In this document: piece by piece, positions 56,169 through 64,000 of the stretch | Numbering within the stretch: position 1 is the stretch's first letter | Layout: each line of letters begins with the position of its first letter | DNA from: Octopus vulgaris | Lineage: Eukaryota | Assembly: GCA_951406725.2 (NCBI GenBank) | Contig: OX597817.1 | Span: forward strand, 6,634,001-6,698,000 | Length of the DNA: 64,000 bases | Direction of reading: 5' to 3' | The notes under the pieces: model-generated | What the model was told of the DNA's origin: nothing | Seen by the model: only the letters and a program-made list of their open reading frames with translations | Databases searched by the model: none | Position numbers and translations under genes: made by a program

Positions 56169-57443
56169 TAGTAGAAAGCTGCCTAGTGGGCGGTTATCTG
56201 CTGGCGTATGTGTTGCGCACATTGATTTTATATATATATATATGATATATTAATTATAGAGCTAATTGACAATATGCTCATGAATTAAACGAAGACTCTC
56301 TTATAGTTTATTCTGTCATCAGTAAAATTATCCATGGTGCATTTAAAAATGACGATAATGAAAATTGGAAAAGTGATGAAACTGTCAAGGGAAAATGTCC
56401 ATGAGTCTTCGCTTGGGTGAATTTGAAAATAGATGCTCTGGTGGCTTTTAATGAATTATATTTACCAATATCAAGAGCTGCGATTTGCTATGTTGTTGTT
56501 TCATTATATTCACTTATAGACGTCTTAAGTGTTTCTAGTGTCCCTTTCCTAGTAATTAAAAAAAGAAACTGAAATACATTTCAATTAAAAGAGAGTAATG
56601 AATGCCTCACTTCACTGTAGATTTTTGTTGCAGACACGACTGTCAGCAAATGGACCCTTTTTCATTTATCTCGGTTAACATTTTTATATTTTCTGTTCTT
56701 GACACTCTTGATAATGCAACATACATCTGATAATATGCGGAGAATTGTGAGCGGAGATGATATTATTGACTAAATAATTTCAAGGTGGTACTCCAGCATG
56801 ACCGCAGTCTAAAACAGTTTGAAAACTTAATTCTATTAGATAGAAATTGTTATTGGACCACGTAATACTTTTTAAAATAATTTACTCACTTGTTTTGTTG
56901 TTTTTGTTTTTGTTTTTTCGCTTTATTACATTTTTTACGAAGGCAAAGAAAAGCTATTTGTTTACATATGGAATTCAAACGGAAGTTGACATTTAAAACA
57001 GAAGCGAATTTTGTAATATTAAGCATTATAATTTATGTTTAGTATACAAATAAACTTTATAGATTAAAACCTTTTTAATGTTCATTTATAGTTTCTTCAA
57101 AGTAAGATGACTTTATTAATAACGTGGGGGAAAAAGATTAAACTGGACACATTCCTGCAACACTTCAATCCTTATAATATATATAGAAGACTCTCCTAAA
57201 AAAATGTTCTCTTCTTCTAAACCAAGTCCCCCAAAAAACATCTGTTTTATATAAATGAACAATCTGTTTGTACATTCACAAAATGTTATTTGACAAGTTC
57301 GAGAAACGAACAAAAGCGCTAATAATAATGAAGAATTCAAAAGATTTTTTCCAAATTTCTGAAGACATTTTCTCAATATTCAATTTCTGTACTTCACAAT
57401 AAACATTCTATACAAATACATAAATACATATATACATACATAC

Positions 57444-57513
<70 letters not shown>

Positions 57514-58454
57514 AAGTAGATAAATGAATTATCTTATTACGGATAATTCAAATGATAACCGATACCTGAGTGTCTTTACTGTTTGATAAGGACAAAAAAA
57601 ATCTGTGCTCTTTGCAACTCAGAACTTTTTCATATTTTGTTCGCCCGAAGGCAGCTTGTTAACTCGATTGTGCAAAATTCTTTCAGATGCCCCCACTGGA
57701 AACGGCATACCTTTCTCTCATACCAATGGAGTCTAATATAGATAACCCCTGGATTTCCTAAAAAAATGGGAAAAAATTTGAATAAAATTTGAAAGGGCAT
57801 ATCCCTTCCCCGTTAGTATAAGAACTAATTGTCAAGAACTGCTGCCATCCCTGACAGCAACACTGTATCCTGCCATGGCCATTGTGGACACCCCCTCTCT
57901 CTATCAAGTGGTCACATACGAACACACAGACACAGTTTTTTCAGTTTCTTGACCATTAATACCTGCTATATATCTCTCTTTCTGCCTTCGAAACACACTG
58001 TCACACATACATAGACGCACACACACATACATTAAAGCAATTTCTCACACTCAAACACTCTAACACTCATTCTTAAAATAATTCAAATATAAACACCAGT
58101 CATACAGAATACATTCAAACTCTTTGATTTTCTTGTACCCCCCTTCTGCCAACCGGATTCCGACCTTGAACTATCTCAACGGACAATCTCTTCTGCTTTC
58201 ACCCAACCTGGCGTCAACGCATATAGATAGACAGTTTGTGTCATTTATTTCATGGGCTCCTCGTGAGCGTTTGTCGAAAAGCTTGTTGTGCATTTTGTTG
58301 GAGAATTAAGTTCCTGGATTTTCCTGAAGAGAAAGCTGCAAAATGGACTCCTTATTCAATCCGAATTAGGGACTTTGCAGCCTTCGAAACATATGTAGAA
58401 AATAATATAAAGGAATTTTGTTAAATCTTCGTTCAGCTCCATTTCTTCCTACAC

Positions 58455-58501
<47 letters not shown>

Positions 58502-59886
58502 GACGGGCTTCTTTGACTTTCAACTTACCAAATCTTCTTACAAAGTTTTGGGAAGGCCCAATGCAATAATAGAAAACACTGGCCCAATGTGCTACGCAGT
58601 GGGACTGAACTCAGAGCGAGGTTGTTGGGAAGCAAGCTTCTTACCACTTGGTTAATACCAATTACTGAGATTCTGAAGAGTGCATGTTTAGAAACTAATA
58701 GCATGCAGGCCTCGGCCACTCACCCAGCACCGCTTATTTTGGATTATAAAATTATCTTAAACGTGAGAATATAAAAATTTGAATTCGTTTAATGTCATTT
58801 TCGCCTTTTTTTCCTCTCATAAAAAAAAACAATAAAAAATATATAATGATGCTATTTTGTCCAGGCACTTGTAGTTACTATAACGTTACTCTTTCAGTTC
58901 GATGTGTGTTTTGTCATGAGAAGGTATTCGAAGTTTTAATTACACGAAAATCCAGAACCAGTATGAAACCATATAAAACAATTAGAAATGGTCAGGTAAT
59001 CGTTTCATGTTTGGGTAATTATTGCTGAGTTCAATGAAATGTCATTTGAGCTGCCGGTTGTTCGGGATTGTGTGTTGGGGAGAAACAAGTCAAACATAAT
59101 TTGTTGCGCGAAAAAAATAACCTTGATAAATTATTGAAACAAAATATTCTTGTCAGAGGGAAATAGGATTAAAGAAAGTTAATCTAATAATATTTATTTT
59201 AGTTTCAATAATCTTTCCTCAAAGTTAATTATCATTGCAGCCTTAACACCATTAACGTTCCTGCTGCGAACGCAGAGTTCATTTGATTACTGGAAAACTC
59301 AACAAATATTGTTGATTACACAATTTCTGAAAGGAATTTTTGTCCCCTAATTCTCTTTTACAAACATTATGTAAAATTTGAGACGCTTGATTACAAATGT
59401 GACATGATAGTGCCCGCATGGTGTTACAGTATATCCTGGTTACTTAAAATTAAAATCATATGTATCGTAACCCCATTTATCATTTATTCTTTATAATCTC
59501 TGTCAAATGGTTGACCATATTAATTACGTTACTATTTCTATTCGCATGAGAATATCCGTTTGTATTTAACCCATGAAACATCACAAATTTATAATTAAGC
59601 GAAAAGAGATTTTGAGGTGACGATACAATATCACGTGATTATTTGTTTAATAAAATGGATAGCAGTAACAATCGAAACCTGCTTACTGCACAACGCCTTT
59701 TCTCATCTCATACTATAAGAAATGTAGAAAATAACGTTAGAGTCAAGTGTTTGCGTCGACGAGTGCATAAAACTTTGAAAAGCTTCAGCATTGTGTTTTT
59801 CTGCTACTACTACCACCACTACTGCTGCTGCTGCTATTACTACAATAGTAACAACAACAACTACTACTACTAGTAGTACTACTACA

Positions 59887-59921
<35 letters not shown>

Positions 59922-59923
59922 TG

Positions 59924-59968
<45 letters not shown>

Positions 59969-60639
59969 AAATGTTTTTCGTTTTACTTCATATGAAATTT
60001 TTACCATTAACTTTATCACTAGTATGTTCTGTGTTTTCATTAGCGTTGACACGCTTTTATTTCCGTACTTCATTTTTATTGCATTCTTTTCCCATATAAC
60101 TGAGTGCAACTCTGCGGGCCTTCAACGTACGACGCGTATTGTTTTAATTACCTTTCCATTGTACTACAAGCGCTCATCGCAAAATGGCGGCGCATGGTGT
60201 CCTTTTTCTGTATGCCATGTTTTTTTTATAAATTTTATTGCATCACTTTACGTGTCCCCAATCATCTAATATCTTAAGCATTGTTAATGCAAGGAGATGA
60301 CAGAATCCATAGAACGCTAGACAAAATATTTAGTGGCAGTCCATCTGATCTTGAGTTCTGAGTTCAAATTCTACCGTGGTCGACCTTACCTTTCATTATT
60401 TTGGGGGCCGATAAAATAATTACCAATCAAACACTAGCGTGGAGAAAAAGAAAAAAAAGAAACGAGAGAGAATTATAAACATTATTTTTCAAATTTTAGC
60501 CCCTTCATTTCTTTTTTTTTTTTTTCACACTTTATAGATCTTTATAGCTGAAGGATTTCTCTGTTTTCTGCATTGTTATTCGTTTGGCTATCTCATTTTC
60601 TAGTTCTTTTTGACATCTTTTTATCCATTGTGTATATCC

Positions 60640-60897
60640 CTGTGACAGACCAGTGTCCCAATGCGCTTCGCATTGTTTTAGCCTTCAAATGACGCCACCC
60701 CGCTGTCTAAGCGAGCAGGCCAACAGAAGAAGGAGTTAAAGTTGTGGCGAAAGAGTACAACAGGGATCGCCACCATCCCCTGCCGGAGCCTCGTGGAGTT
60801 TTAGGTGTTTTCGCTCAATAAACACTCACATTGCCCGGTCTGGGAATCAAAACCGCGATTCCACTGCCCTAATCACTGGACAATTGCGCCTCCACAA
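60640..60897 (-). mobile_element. tRNA-derived SINE (family C)
   Basis: Minus strand starts ggaggcgcaattgtccagtgattagggcag...ggttttgattccc (A/B-box-like); GC-richer than flanks; single copy here. Confidence 0.65.
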
Positions 60898-61808
60898 TGT
60901 GTATATATTGATGTATTTTTGCAAATAATCGCTTTGTCATATTGTGAATCGCAAGTTCCAGTTCTGTCATAGCCATTGATGTAATTTTTTGGTTATTCCA
61001 TGATAGTTGGAAACGAGGTGTTTAATTCTTCCCGTTATATTTTCTCATATTTTGCAGCTACTTCCATTATTCTGCATACATCTTGCAGATTCTGGTGGTG
61101 AGTAGGCAGTAAACCTGTGTTACATGGAAGATTCTTTCATTTCTGAGTCCTTCGTAAACCTTCGTAAACTACTGCTTTGTTAAGATGTTTCTGGTTTTGC
61201 CTTGTATAGGCTTTCCTTTTCCAGAGATTTAACATAGCATTTCAAAGTCTTTTATTATGCTGAGAATGTAACCTTTTACGCGATTTCTAGTTTTGTTACT
61301 CCACATCCTTCAAATCTATTTCTGTTTCTAGTTTGTCTCTTAGTTCCTTTTAGAGAGTAAATATTTCTTTCGTTCGTCTTTACCCTTTGGAAATTCTAAA
61401 TTCTAAATATGCTTACTCTCACAATTGACGCTATATAACGGTTTTCTTCCTATACATGGCCCATCGGCTGTCTCTGTTGATGGCTAATGTTTTTATCTTT
61501 AATATTTCTATGACATATTTTGGATGGTGTATTCTAAATGCGAGCATTATTTTTATTTTCTGAGGTTTCACCTTTTTCTGTTTAGTCTTGTTATTTTTTT
61601 AGATTGCAACTAACGATAGAACTATAATTTATCGCATGGTCAGCTATGGCATTCATACGTATATCTGTATCATTGTTGTTGTTTAAGAATATTGTCTTTA
61701 TTATTATTATTATTATTATTGTTATTATTATTATTATTATTGTTATTGTTGTTGTTGTTAGTAGTAGTAGTAGTAGTAGTAGTAGTGTCAGCAACAGTAG
61801 CAGTAGTT

Positions 61809-61894
<86 letters not shown>

Positions 61895-61904
61895 TGTTGT
61901 TGTT

Positions 61905-61948
<44 letters not shown>

Positions 61949-63121
61949 TTTGCTCTCATATAAATATGGCAGCACACGTGAATGCCAAGCTGTGTCTTTG
62001 CAGGTAAGTCTTTTCTCTACTGTTTCCGATTTAGCTATGAAAAAGAAATTGTGTTCGAAAGCAACAAGACACCTGCGAAAACTTTCACCTTCACGATTCG
62101 ATCTCGGAACGGGCTATGAGTTATTTCTAAAATTCTGCATCCTAATATAGAGCTTAATTGTCCGACATGGCTTCATGATCTTTATTGAAATTAATAGTAA
62201 AAGGAGAAGATGAATGCAATTTAACAGGTACCTAGGCATCTGACAAAAAACTGCTTCTCCTGCTAGAAAGGAATGTGTTTCGATTCATGCTTAAAACCAG
62301 TCCTAAAGAGACGCCCAACTGTGTCTTACAAAGTATCGACGCGTCTAACAACCAGAACAGCAGCAAAAGTCAGCAGGATAGAGAAAAATAAGCAAACGGA
62401 AGGAAACTAATATTTTCATGTCTAACAGAAATAACAGTAACGGCAAAATATCACCAACAGGAAAGACAAAAATGATGATAATTACGAAAACAGCATTAAC
62501 ATCAAACAGTTAATTGATACCCAAGACAACTCGTTATTCGCTAGTTCATTGAAAAAGTGGATAATCAAGGGATAATCTGGATTCCGTAGAAAGATATAGA
62601 AGCAGTAAAAAGTAAGAGCCCTCAAATATGAATTTATAAATCGAAAAATACAAGTTTTTAATAAACCAACACCAACACAAGCAAAGAAATGCCTAAATGA
62701 CCTGTGGCATCTACTCTGGCAGAGTAAGGTAACAATTAACAATAGTATCATGATACCTCGAAGAAGAGAATATACAACTATCCAAAAATTTTGCTCACTC
62801 ACTAAACCTTGCTATACAACCTGCAGCTCATTCATGTTCCAAGATGTGGAGTAGAAGGTAAGTGTGAGCGTATCGGCAAATAGAAATTCACAGTTCTGGA
62901 TAAATGCACCTTTAAGCTACAGAGAGCATTTATTATCTCGTCCCTCAAACATTATCAAATGACAAAGTGAAAACGCGTAAAGTTATGCATTCCTTGGGCC
63001 TGAGTTTCTAGTATAGAGTTACTTCGTTTTCGTTACTAGTGCTATGTCTGTCATCCTGGTTCAGTATTTATGTTATTGCCCTATTCTATGGGCAGTATCT
63101 TCTTCTTCTTCTCCTTCCTCT

Positions 63122-63168
<47 letters not shown>

Positions 63169-63536
63169 TTCTTCTTCTTCTTCTTCTTCTTCTTCTTGTT
63201 ATTCTTCTTATTATTATTATTATTATTATTCTCCTCCACCTCCTCCACCTCCTCTTCTCCTCCTCCTCCTTCTTCTTCTTCATCTTCTTCTGCTCCTCCT
63301 TCTTCTTCTTCATCTTCTTCTGCTCCTCCTTCTTCTTCTTCTTCTTCTTCTTCTTCTTCTTCTTCTTGATCTTCTTCTTCTTCTTCTTCTTCTTATTATT
63401 ATTATTATTATTCTCCTCCATCTCCTCCACCTCCTCTTCTCCTCCTCCTCCTTCTTCATCTTCTTCATCTTCTTCATCTTCTTCATCTTCTTCATCTTCT
63501 TCATCTTCTTCTTCTTCTTCTTGATCTTCTACTTCT

Positions 63537-63568
<32 letters not shown>

Positions 63569-63632
63569 TCCTTTTTCTTCGTACTATCATTATTATTGTT
63601 GCTGTTCTTGTTATTGCCTTCGTCATTGTTTT

Positions 63633-63684
<52 letters not shown>

Positions 63685-64000
63685 GCCGCTGCTACTGCTG
63701 CTGCTGCTTCTACTGCTGCTGCTGTTACCACCACCACCAGCACCAGCACCACCACCACCACCACTACTACTACTACTAACATATGTGCACGATAGATTTT
63801 CTGCAGTATCTCAGCCCTTTATAGAATATGAAATTGGTGCGTGAGCATTTACTTCAGGGTCAAATTTCGATCACCTGCAAAATTAAGCTAACTATTCTAA
63901 ACCAGCTCAGAACTCATACAATACGAATTGTTTCAACGGCACACGTCAATAAAATACCCGTCCCTAAGTTTCTGTCTATAGGACCGAGTAGAACTACACT

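Noticed and set aside
60900-62800. Possible N-terminal R4-like LINE fossils on both sides of the (TAG)n array
   Set aside because: Short, ambiguous similarities with no RT motif.

Overview
Eukaryotic, AT-rich DNA saturated with microsatellites and transposons, with a 100-N assembly gap at 8851-8950. I can support no host protein-coding exon. The repeat content resembles an octopus genome (inference from recalled SINE sequences, not checked). Most ORF-track entries are translations of simple repeats. Recognisable elements: three tRNA-derived SINE families; R4/Dong-like restriction-endonuclease LINEs within (TAA)n arrays; an RTE LINE; a CR1-group 3' end; a Penelope RT + GIY-YIG remnant; several Tc1/mariner derivatives; foldback elements. 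Two observations stand out. (1) A ~2.1-kb retroelement (50612-52729) encodes only an L1/Tx1-type ORF1 protein with a zinc knuckle. It sits in the tRNA-like head of a SINE with a 15-bp target-site duplication, and that SINE itself splits an older Tx1 ORF2 fossil. (2) A set of minimal hammerhead-ribozyme motifs lies in short units mostly beside (TA)n tracts, one with an intact catalytic core (17470-17558). Element boundaries were read by eye and are approximate unless a TSD or TIR is cited.
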